31,517 bases of DNA from contig JBEGVZ010000044.1 of NCBI GenBank assembly GCA_041178085.1, positions 1-31,517 on the forward strand, written 5' to 3'. The position numbers were made by a program, and so were the translations under genes. This stretch comes from Pseudomonadota bacterium (GTDB lineage Bacteria; Bdellovibrionota_B; Oligoflexia; Oligoflexales; RGVZ01). The notes under the pieces were generated by a model. It saw only the letters and a program-made list of their open reading frames with translations. It ran no database searches and was not told the origin of the DNA. Positions 1 through 8,090 of the stretch are shown in pieces. Positions within the stretch are counted from its first letter, which is position 1. Every line of letters begins with the position of its first letter.

Positions 1-884
1 AGGAATTCTGCGGATGTCCCGGCAGAAATCATCGAACCCATGGTGAAGACGAGTTGTCCGTCAGAAAACTCGACGCGGGATGGCTCCGTCCGGATGATCA
101 GGTTTCCAGACAGCGGGATGCCGGGATAACCCACATCCAACGAATACTCCTCGTGGAGCATCCGGTCGACATTCGTGAGGGCCTCAGGCAGCAGTGATGC
201 AACCTGCTCCTTGACGATGTTTTCAACCTGCTCCCGGGCACCCGCAAGGACACTGCCGACCGCTTTACGCATGTAACCGCCAATCCCTAGAATGCCAGAA
301 CAGGATACCGGTCCTTCAACCACGTAGGCGTCTGGCTCTATGGCAAACTGCACGGCCGTGACATCGCCCGTGAGTCTGCGCGCGCCGTCTACCTCTTCGA
401 CCCGCGGCACAATCGTCACGGAAAGAGCCATTTCCGTCGGGCCCGCAACGGCCACATTGACTTCTTTGCACGTCGACCTCAGGTCCCATAACAGGAAAGG
501 ACGGGTGACTTTAAGCGCATCCGAATGAAGGCTGACCGCGTTGACTGAAAAATCGACATGCACACCATCGTTTCCAGCCCGAAGGCTGATGCCCTTGAAT
601 GCAACGCTGTAATTCAAGCCCGATGTCTGCACCGTCCAACCGTTCGGCATCAGCTTTTCAATGCTGCCAATCGGTTGTTCCCGCACGTCGCGCAGAAAGC
701 GAGCCTGGACCTCGCGCGCGAGGGAATCAAGACCATCTGAGGTCATCTGGAGTTTCAACGCCTCACTGGTTGGCTCTCCCCCGTCAGGCCCGGTGGAGAA
801 CGCAGGCGCAGCCCCCATGACCAGAGCAGACAACCCAACCAGGAAGCTGGAAGCAAGAGCTGCGGACCGTTCAGAAAATCTCAT
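1..884 (-). CDS. Secreted hypothetical protein, 3' end outside the window; possible BPI/LBP (TULIP)-like fold
   Basis: Not in the ORF track because it has no stop in the window. Hand translation from ATG 884 is open to the window edge (294 codons): MRFSERSAALASSFLVGLSALVMGAAPAFS (signal peptide-like) ...ALKLQMTSDGLDSLAREVQARF... It starts 4 nt after the stop of the upstream gene. Confidence 0.8.
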   Translation of the reverse strand, partial: MRFSERSAALASSFLVGLSALVMGAAPAFSTGPDGGEPTSEALKLQMTSDGLDSLAREVQARFLRDVREQPIGSIEKLMPNGWTVQTSGLNYSVAFKGISLRAGNDGVHVDFSVNAVSLHSDALKVTRPFLLWDLRSTCKEVNVAVAGPTEMALSVTIVPRVEEVDGARRLTGDVTAVQFAIEPDAYVVEGPVSCSGILGIGGYMRKAVGSVLAGAREQVENIVKEQVASLLPEALTNVDRMLHEEYSLDVGYPGIPLSGNLIIRTEPSRVEFSDGQLVFTMGSMISAGTSAEF

Positions 885-888
885 ACGA

Positions 889-3800
889 TCAACGCTCCAT
901 TTTGTTTCGCCGGTCCATTGGCCGGGTGGATGTGGTCCAGACGCCAGTCCTCTGCGGATTGGCTTTGTAATGAGATCCGGGCAACATACCCGCTTCGGCC
1001 TTACCCGCCGTTTTCCAGATCATCACGAAACCTTCCCTGGTCGCGCCGACGAGTTCCAGGCGCCCGTCGCCATCAAGATCCCCGGCGGCAGGTGAGCCAA
1101 GCATCCAGCCACCCGTACGTTTGGGAAACCCACCCAGCTCATGCTGTCCACCGGCGCCATCGAAGGCATGCAACTCAAAGCCCGCATCAGCCATCACAAC
1201 ATCGCGTTTACCGTCGCCATTAACGTCGACAAAAATCGGTGAACCCATGATGGGAGTATCTGCAAGTTTGGCGGGAAAGCCATCCAGCATCTCACCGGTC
1301 GACCCTTTCCAGCCACCGAGCAGATAGCCGTAAGGCACCCTTTTGCCACCGAGAAGCAAGCTGACCAGGATCCTGCGGCCGACACCAGGAGCAAAAATTT
1401 CAGCACGACCATCCTGGTCAAGATCCGCCATCGCTCCCTGACCAAAAGCGATCGCCATCTCTTCTTCGCCAAAGGCAGGGCTGGACGCAGACGGAATCAT
1501 GGAGAGAGACCTTTGCAGCAATCCATTGGAATTGACCAGATAACCTTTGCCGGCAAAGCCATGCACCAGGAACTCAAGCCTGCCGTCGCCGTCTACATCA
1601 CCTGCTGCCGGGGCTGCAGTGATACCCGATCCAATCAACGGCAGGATGTTGTTGCGCAACAGGGGGACCTTCACGGGAAAGCCAGGAAGCACAGGTGTTG
1701 CAGCAAGGTTTCCGCGTCCGCTGAGCGCGAACAGGAGTCCTGCATTGCTGGTGAAGTGTGAAGTACCAAAAACCAGGTCCGTGAAACCATCCCCGTCGAC
1801 ATCGGTTGCCGCTGGTGAGGAAACAATCTTGGCCCGCGTTCCGTTCCATTCGATCGCAACCGGAAAACCCGGCTGGTCAGAACCGTCAGCGCGGAATGCG
1901 TAGATGACTCCATCAAGTCCTGCAACGACAACCTCAAGCTTGTCGTCGCCATCCAAATCAACCAGGACGGGAGATGCAAGCACCCCAAAACCCGGGTCTG
2001 CATTCTTGCGAACGTTAGTAAAAGACGGCACGGGCAAACTGCGCGGAAATCCAGGAAATTGGCGGCCATCGCGATCGATCATGCTAACATGACCTTCGAC
2101 CGAGATCGCAGCAATCCCATGACGACCCTTTTCAATTTCACCGGCAGCCAGCGCCGCAAATACGGCCGCTGGTTTGTCTGGCTGCACCCAGGAGGCCGGC
2201 ATCGTCACTGGAAAGCCCGCTCGAGCCAGGAGCATCCCGGAACTGTCCTGGCTCATGACATGGATGCGCCCACCGGCATCGGCAAATGCCAGTTCCTGGC
2301 GACCGTCAGCATCAAGATCGTAAAACAACGGCGCACTTTCGATGGATGCCCGTGCTTTGAACACGTGGGACGGAGCGTCGTTACCAGTTGCATCAGAAAG
2401 CCAGAAGAATGTTCTGCGCACCTTGCTGACATGGCCGGAGCAGTCATCGATCTCCAGGACCATGGTGAACGCATCGTTGTAGCGTCCGGTTTCATGCGGA
2501 GACGGGCGGAGGAATTTTTTGATCCTTACCGGGTCAAAGTCCACAAGACGCCCGGAGTATTCGCTGGTCATGGGGGGAGTCGCTGCGACTTCGACCACAG
2601 TTGCGCCAGCTTCCTCGATGCCACGCTGGACCGTCATGCGAAGGCGCATGACGCCACTGCGGGGCAGCGGCACAGCGACTTCCACTGGAACCGGACTTCC
2701 GTCGAAAGCCACGACATCAAACCACGCCGGCGAAAGGACACGGCCCGCCGGGAAAATGTCGTCATTTTGGATCGCCGACAGGAGCGACCATGCATTTACC
2801 CGGCCTTGTCCGCTCGTCGAATCCCAGCCCGGAAGGGTCTGCATCCGATGCTGCCCGGCTTGCACAGGCCCGAGATCGATATCGTCAGCATGATGGCGCA
2901 TCGTCGCCACCAGCTCTCCCGCTGAAAGGTTTTTTCCATTCGCACGGGACCATGATTTTGCAAGGGCCATGATGCCCGCCAGCCGTCCGGTTGCCTCTGA
3001 CGAGCAGTAACGCCCCGAAGCACTGACGTCGATTCTTGCACCATGGTTGCTGCAATTGTTGAAGGCCAGGTAGCTGGATGAGTCCAAGGGGGCGTCTGCA
3101 TCGTGGCGCAGGGCATTCACGAAAATCACCTGATCAAGGACGGCCGGCTGGTTGCTGTGAAAACTATTTTCATCCGCCGCCGTGCCCACGATGATCACAC
3201 CGCGGGATGCCGCATGATCCACTGCCTCGCGCAGCGCAGGGGTCATGTTGAAGGGGCCAAGAGCGGCCTGGACAACATCAAACCCCTCATCCGCAGCGTA
3301 ACGAATCGCCCGCGCAATGACATTGCTGTCAGCCATGAAACTGTCATTCACCCGGAAGAATGCCACCGAGCAGTTACCACAGGCACCGGCCGACTCGATC
3401 CCGTTGTTGACGGCGCCGCTGGAAACTTCCCCTTCCATCGTGCCGTGTCCAAATTCAGTCCGGTCCGCCGGGTTGTTATCGCGTTCAAGGAAATCCCATC
3501 CAGCGATGTCATCGACGTAGCCGTTGCCGTCCCCGTCAACACCATCAGAAAAAACCTCAATCAGGTCTTCTGGCGTCACGTAACCCTTGATGGAGAACCG
3601 TGAAGCCAGTGCAGGATCCCCCGCCCAGTCCGCGGCGGAAATCCGCCCGTCGCCGTTCGTGTCATAGGTTGTGTTACCGGCGGGAAGAGGCAATTCCCTG
3701 ACATTAAGCGAGAAACGCTCGCGCAGGTCTGGCGCAGACCAGATGATGCCGGAATCCAGCACCGCAATCCTGGTCGCGGGAGTGCCCGTGTGAAGCTGCC

Positions 3801-4110
3801 ACGCTTTGTCCACGTGCATACCGGAACCCAGGGACGCCTCCGGGTCAGGGATCGGCATCGCCTGGTTGTAGGGAATGTGAGAGAACCATTGCCAGGTTTC
3901 GCTATACTTTGGGTCATTGGGGCGGTTCATCCAGGGGTCGGATCCGGGCGCACCGGGAAAACGGCCTGCCGGGCCGGAAGCCAACAAAAGAATCGACGCT
4001 GCAACAGCTGGTAACGACCTTAGAAGTGACTGCCTGACCACAACAGCTCCTGCGCAACGATCCCACAACCGCTCTGCTGATGTCCCGAGAATGCACAAAA
4101 TGTAACCCAA
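889..4110 (-). CDS. Secreted S8 (subtilisin-like) peptidase fused to C-terminal FG-GAP/VCBS repeats
   Basis: IAVLDSG (Asp), GHGT (His), YCSSEATG (probable Ser), DGDGNGYVDDIAGWDF insert. About 7 clear DxDxDGxx[ED] repeats with GFP motifs. The real start is probably near 4040, before the hydrophobic signal SLPAVAASILLLASG. Confidence 0.85.
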   Translation of the reverse strand: MGYILCILGTSAERLWDRCAGAVVVRQSLLRSLPAVAASILLLASGPAGRFPGAPGSDPWMNRPNDPKYSETWQWFSHIPYNQAMPIPDPEASLGSGMHVDKAWQLHTGTPATRIAVLDSGIIWSAPDLRERFSLNVRELPLPAGNTTYDTNGDGRISAADWAGDPALASRFSIKGYVTPEDLIEVFSDGVDGDGNGYVDDIAGWDFLERDNNPADRTEFGHGTMEGEVSSGAVNNGIESAGACGNCSVAFFRVNDSFMADSNVIARAIRYAADEGFDVVQAALGPFNMTPALREAVDHAASRGVIIVGTAADENSFHSNQPAVLDQVIFVNALRHDADAPLDSSSYLAFNNCSNHGARIDVSASGRYCSSEATGRLAGIMALAKSWSRANGKNLSAGELVATMRHHADDIDLGPVQAGQHRMQTLPGWDSTSGQGRVNAWSLLSAIQNDDIFPAGRVLSPAWFDVVAFDGSPVPVEVAVPLPRSGVMRLRMTVQRGIEEAGATVVEVAATPPMTSEYSGRLVDFDPVRIKKFLRPSPHETGRYNDAFTMVLEIDDCSGHVSKVRRTFFWLSDATGNDAPSHVFKARASIESAPLFYDLDADGRQELAFADAGGRIHVMSQDSSGMLLARAGFPVTMPASWVQPDKPAAVFAALAAGEIEKGRHGIAAISVEGHVSMIDRDGRQFPGFPRSLPVPSFTNVRKNADPGFGVLASPVLVDLDGDDKLEVVVAGLDGVIYAFRADGSDQPGFPVAIEWNGTRAKIVSSPAATDVDGDGFTDLVFGTSHFTSNAGLLFALSGRGNLAATPVLPGFPVKVPLLRNNILPLIGSGITAAPAAGDVDGDGRLEFLVHGFAGKGYLVNSNGLLQRSLSMIPSASSPAFGEEEMAIAFGQGAMADLDQDGRAEIFAPGVGRRILVSLLLGGKRVPYGYLLGGWKGSTGEMLDGFPAKLADTPIMGSPIFVDVNGDGKRDVVMADAGFELHAFDGAGGQHELGGFPKRTGGWMLGSPAAGDLDGDGRLELVGATREGFVMIWKTAGKAEAGMLPGSHYKANPQRTGVWTTSTRPMDRRNKMER

Positions 4111-4123
4111 GGATCAGGGACAC

Positions 4124-4138
4124 GCAATTTTGTTGCCA
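4124..4138 (-). promoter_or_regulatory. Putative sigma54 -24/-12 promoter
   Basis: Minus strand reads TGGCAA-CAAAA-TTGC (GG-N10-GC; one mismatch to TGGCAC-N5-TTGC). It lies in the intergenic gap and faces the S8/FG-GAP gene. Confidence 0.55.
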
Positions 4139-4180
4139 TGAAGGTTCGCAAACGGGGAAACTGCCGGCAAAGGATATCCG

Positions 4181-5842
4181 ATGTCAGACCCTCAAACCTC
4201 AAAGCCAGGAAACCGTTCGACTGCACGAGGAAGCCTGCTATTCACGGCGGGCACGCTGGTCAGCAGGGTTTCCGGCGTCCTGCGCGAATCCGTGGTGGGC
4301 GCCGTCTTCGGAGCCGGCACCGCGATGGATGCGTTCATCGTGGCGTACCGCATTCCCAACCTCCTGCGGGAACTGATTGCTGAGGGTGCGCTCGGCAGTT
4401 CGTTCACCAAGGTTTATACCGCCACTGCCGAAAAAGACGCCAAGGCTGCGCGCAGGGTATTCGAGGATACAGCCCGACTCGTTTTCATGCTTGGTCTGCT
4501 TATTGTTTGCACAGGCATCATTGCCTCACCATGGCTGGTCGATCTGATGAGCCGGCGCGACGCCAGCGAAGACAGCGAGCTGTTTACGCGCATCGCCGTT
4601 CGCCAAACCCAGCTCCTGTTTCCGACCGTTGCGATTTTCGCGCTTGCCTCGATCGTGACCGGAGCCCTGCACAAAAAAGGGAGTTTCTTCCTGTCGGCGG
4701 TCTCCCCGGCTGCCTTCAACGTAGCCAACATCGCGGGAGCGTTGCTGGTCACGCCTTTGCTCCTGACAACCGTCAGCCCGGAATTTGCCACCTGGCTTGG
4801 GGACGCTGGCATCACAGGGCTGAGCATCGGGGTTTTGGCTGGTTCCGTCATGCAACTTTGGATGGCGGCACGGGGGTTGGCAAAGGAAGGCGTGAAAATC
4901 CGCCTGCTGCCCGCCAAAAACGAAGCTGTTTTCCCATGGACCGCCGAAACCAAGCGCATCCTCTGGCTGATGGGGCCAATGGCCATCGCCGCCAGCTCAG
5001 GCATCGTAAACTTTGTCGTCAACACCAACTTCGCAACCGCACTTGGCAAAGGTGCCGTGACCTGGATCAATTTCGCGTTCCGCTTCCTGCAACTGCCCGT
5101 CGGCCTGTTTGGTGTGGCGATCGGCGCTGCGGTGCTGCCAGCGCTGACCCGCGCCATCACGCGGGCAGGCAACAAAGTCGATGACACTGCCTCGATTGAA
5201 GTCTGCAATGCGATCGAAATGGTCGCATGGCTCATGCTTCCCTGCTTTGCCCTGTTCCACGTGTGCGCGCCGCAAATCATCGGGCTTTTTTACGAAGCCG
5301 GGAAATTCACTGCCAGCGACACACAGCAGACCGCTTTGGCCCTGCAGGCCTACAGTTATGGTTTGCTCAGCTATGGCCTGCTGAAAGTCCTGAACTCGTA
5401 TTACTACGCAACCGAACGCACGCGGTACGCGATGTGGGTGGGCATCTTCTCCATCGCAGTCAACTACATCGGCAACCTGCTGCTCGTTGAGCGCTATGGA
5501 CACCGGGGACTCGCTCTGACGGCATCCGTGACGCTGACCTGCAATACCTTGCTGCTCCTTGCAGGAATGACCCGTGACCGGGTGAAAGTGGACCTTGTGG
5601 ATACGCTGAAGTCCTTGCTTCTGATCAGTGCCGCCACGACCGCCGCAGTCTTCGCACAGCGAGGTACGTTTCCCTGGGATGCGGTCCTGCCGCCCGGCAG
5701 CAAGAAACTGCTTGCGGCCAGCCAGATCGCCGCCAACGGCCTCATCGTTGTCGCCGTGTTCGCACCGTTTTTGATAGTGAGACTCAAAACCGGAAAAAGC
5801 GAATTTTCGCATAAATTTCGCCGTCTAATGCGTCTCTCATGA
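4181..5842 (+). CDS. murJ: Lipid II flippase MurJ (MviN)
   Basis: TLVSRVSGVLRE, DAFIVAYRIPNLLRELIAEGAL and RFLQLPVGLFG motifs; many TM segments. Confidence 0.95.
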   Translation: MSDPQTSKPGNRSTARGSLLFTAGTLVSRVSGVLRESVVGAVFGAGTAMDAFIVAYRIPNLLRELIAEGALGSSFTKVYTATAEKDAKAARRVFEDTARLVFMLGLLIVCTGIIASPWLVDLMSRRDASEDSELFTRIAVRQTQLLFPTVAIFALASIVTGALHKKGSFFLSAVSPAAFNVANIAGALLVTPLLLTTVSPEFATWLGDAGITGLSIGVLAGSVMQLWMAARGLAKEGVKIRLLPAKNEAVFPWTAETKRILWLMGPMAIAASSGIVNFVVNTNFATALGKGAVTWINFAFRFLQLPVGLFGVAIGAAVLPALTRAITRAGNKVDDTASIEVCNAIEMVAWLMLPCFALFHVCAPQIIGLFYEAGKFTASDTQQTALALQAYSYGLLSYGLLKVLNSYYYATERTRYAMWVGIFSIAVNYIGNLLLVERYGHRGLALTASVTLTCNTLLLLAGMTRDRVKVDLVDTLKSLLLISAATTAAVFAQRGTFPWDAVLPPGSKKLLAASQIAANGLIVVAVFAPFLIVRLKTGKSEFSHKFRRLMRLS

Positions 5843-5965
5843 AATCGGCTGGACACTGGTATCAGGATGGTAATAGGGAAGTCGACAGTTCCAATGACAG
5901 TGCTCCTGGGAATGAACGAAAAATTACCAGAAATTGAGCACCCAATCTCAAGGAAGGGAACAGCC

Positions 5966-6709
5966 ATGAAAGTCGCAAAGATGCTTGGTTCGATGATGAT
6001 GGGTGGCGCGCTGATAGCCTCGGCTGCAGTTGCACAAGTCTCGGTTGCTGCCGACCACGATGACGTTCGTAACATCAAAGTCAGCCGCCTCTTCAGCCCC
6101 AAGGGCCTGGACAGCAACGACAACTCCATTGTGATCCTGGATGGTTACCTTCCAGACGGCTGCTACCGCCTGACGGCTCCGATCGTGGAAACTGATGAGA
6201 CCGCCAAGTCGATCACAATCCAGGCACGCGCCAACTACTTCGACGTGCCCTGTATCGAAGCCCTGGTTCCCTTCACCCAGGAAGTGAAGCTCGGCATGCT
6301 GACCGGCGGGATCTACAATATTCAAGACAACGAAGGCACAAACATTGGATCGCTTAACGTCAGCAAGGCACAGTCGAAATACCCGGACGACTACCTGTAC
6401 GCCCCGGTCGACACCATCATTCTTGACAACGAAGAAGCTGCCCCGGGCCAGCATGTTGTAACGCTGCGCGGACGCTTCACCAACAGCTGCATGTTCATGG
6501 AACGTGTCGAGACCCGTTACTTCCCGGACTCCGTGGAACTGCTTCCGATCATGGGCATCCGCAAGGGCAACTGCCTGCAGGTGGAAGTGCCGTTCTCGGT
6601 GGACGTCACCCTTGACAGCAGCAAGCTTGCAAAGGGCCGCATGCTGGTACACGCGCGCAGCCTGAACGGCAACTCGGTGAGCGCGATGCTCAACGTCGGC
6701 GACAAGTAA
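5966..6709 (+). CDS. Secreted hypothetical protein with two tandem beta-rich repeats
   Basis: ATG 5966 after an AGGAAGG RBS; signal peptide ending AVA-Q. Internal repeat GYLPDGC..C...VPF / GRFTNSC..C...VPF. Confidence 0.8.
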   Translation: MKVAKMLGSMMMGGALIASAAVAQVSVAADHDDVRNIKVSRLFSPKGLDSNDNSIVILDGYLPDGCYRLTAPIVETDETAKSITIQARANYFDVPCIEALVPFTQEVKLGMLTGGIYNIQDNEGTNIGSLNVSKAQSKYPDDYLYAPVDTIILDNEEAAPGQHVVTLRGRFTNSCMFMERVETRYFPDSVELLPIMGIRKGNCLQVEVPFSVDVTLDSSKLAKGRMLVHARSLNGNSVSAMLNVGDK

Positions 6710-6727
6710 GGATCAAGCAGAGTTAAA

Positions 6728-7954
6728 TCAGACCGGCGCCTTGCGAACCCTGAGTCCGCGGCGCCGGATTTCTTTTGTCAGCAAACTGAGTTCCCGCCCT
6801 GCCTGTCCGGAAACGGAAGTATTTTCTTCAGCGCGACGGAATAGATAGGGCAAGGCTGCCTTGACTGGTCCGTAAGGGACATACTTGGCAACATTGAAGC
6901 CCGCCGCTGCCAGATTGAAGGACAAATGATCACTCATGCCCAGAAGCTGGGAGAACCAGATGCGGCTATCGTCCGCCCGGATCCCGAGAGAGTCCATGCC
7001 TTGAACGATGGCAAGGCATGACGCCTCGTTATGAGTGCCGGCACAGAAACTGACATGTTCAATGTTTTCAAGGCACCAGGCTGCTGCCTCGTCGAACTGA
7101 ACATCTGTTGAACCCTTGTCAGGCTGGATTGGCGAAGCCTGGCCAAGCTTCATGGCTCGCGCACGCTCTTTCTCCATGTAAGCGCCGCGAACGAGTTTGA
7201 AACCCACCGAAAAACCGCCCTGCCGGGCCCGATCCAGAACTTCGCGCATCACTGGCATCCGCCCGGTCCGGTAAAGCTGGATGGTGTTGAAGACGATCGT
7301 CCGGCCACCCCGGTTGAAGCGGGCCATCATTTCCTCTGCCATGCAGTCGATGGCACCCTGGATCCATGTTTCCTCGGCATCGATCAGGACGCGGACTGCA
7401 CTTTCTGCCGCTGCCGCGCAGATTTTCTGAACCCGTTCGTGAACCTTTGCGTAGTCGGCCTTCAGCCTTTTCACGGCAGGGTCTTCAGGGTCTCCGGCTC
7501 CCGGCAAGCCATTGGAGGCCATCTCCAGGACCCGGTGGCTGCCCAGCGCAGAGACCTTGAACACCGCGAAGGGCATCCTGCTGTTACCCGCGGCCTCTTT
7601 GACCGTCTTGAGGACTTCCCGGGTGGCCGCGTCGAACTCGCGGTCACTGCGTCCCCCCTCTTTGGCAAAATCCAGAATGGTCCCGACATTGTGACGGGCC
7701 AGCCGATCCACCATGCCGCGACAGTCCTCGATCGATTCGCCCCCACAAAAGTGCTTGAAAATCGTGTGTTTGATGAGACCGGTGACCGGCAGCCCCCAGG
7801 ACATGGCGGTCGTCACCATCCGCGGCCCGAGCTTGACCAGGGACTGGACGCCTATCATCCGGAAGAGGGTGTAGGCCCGGATCAGCTCCCCGTCGGAAAG
7901 CGACCGGAAAGCAATTTCGGTGTTATCAAATGACAGTGTGGGATTTTGTGCCAT
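6728..7954 (-). CDS. Monofunctional proline dehydrogenase
   Basis: HFCGGE, LIDAEE, KLVRGAYMEKER, GTHN, QLLGMSD, KYVPYGP and YLFRRAEEN motifs; no P5C dehydrogenase domain. Confidence 0.93.
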   Translation of the reverse strand: MAQNPTLSFDNTEIAFRSLSDGELIRAYTLFRMIGVQSLVKLGPRMVTTAMSWGLPVTGLIKHTIFKHFCGGESIEDCRGMVDRLARHNVGTILDFAKEGGRSDREFDAATREVLKTVKEAAGNSRMPFAVFKVSALGSHRVLEMASNGLPGAGDPEDPAVKRLKADYAKVHERVQKICAAAAESAVRVLIDAEETWIQGAIDCMAEEMMARFNRGGRTIVFNTIQLYRTGRMPVMREVLDRARQGGFSVGFKLVRGAYMEKERARAMKLGQASPIQPDKGSTDVQFDEAAAWCLENIEHVSFCAGTHNEASCLAIVQGMDSLGIRADDSRIWFSQLLGMSDHLSFNLAAAGFNVAKYVPYGPVKAALPYLFRRAEENTSVSGQAGRELSLLTKEIRRRGLRVRKAPV

Positions 7955-8090
7955 TGCCCGGGATCTTTTGTTAAAAATACGGGTCCCCATCATGATACGG
8001 AAGTCGCGAAGTTTCCAGTTTGAATTGCGGCCGTTGACCAGAATGGGTGTGAATTGATGACGCTAACAGGACCCCGTTGAGGTTTTGTCC

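Noticed and set aside
1040..2330. Recurrent CCGTCG/ATCAAGATC-like sequences as a CRISPR or DNA repeat array
   Set aside because: They are degenerate codons of the FG-GAP DxDGDG protein repeats; no identical repeats with spacers and no cas genes.
2059..2925. 288-aa plus-strand ORF, and similar long antisense ORFs at 4414-5280, 4997-5812, 5948-6652, 28339-29181 and 30490-31149
   Set aside because: They lie opposite well-supported genes and have no recognisable motifs; expected shadow ORFs in GC-rich coding DNA.
5862..5888. TCAG-N15-GTCGACAG as another sigma28 promoter
   Set aside because: Too many mismatches in both boxes to support.
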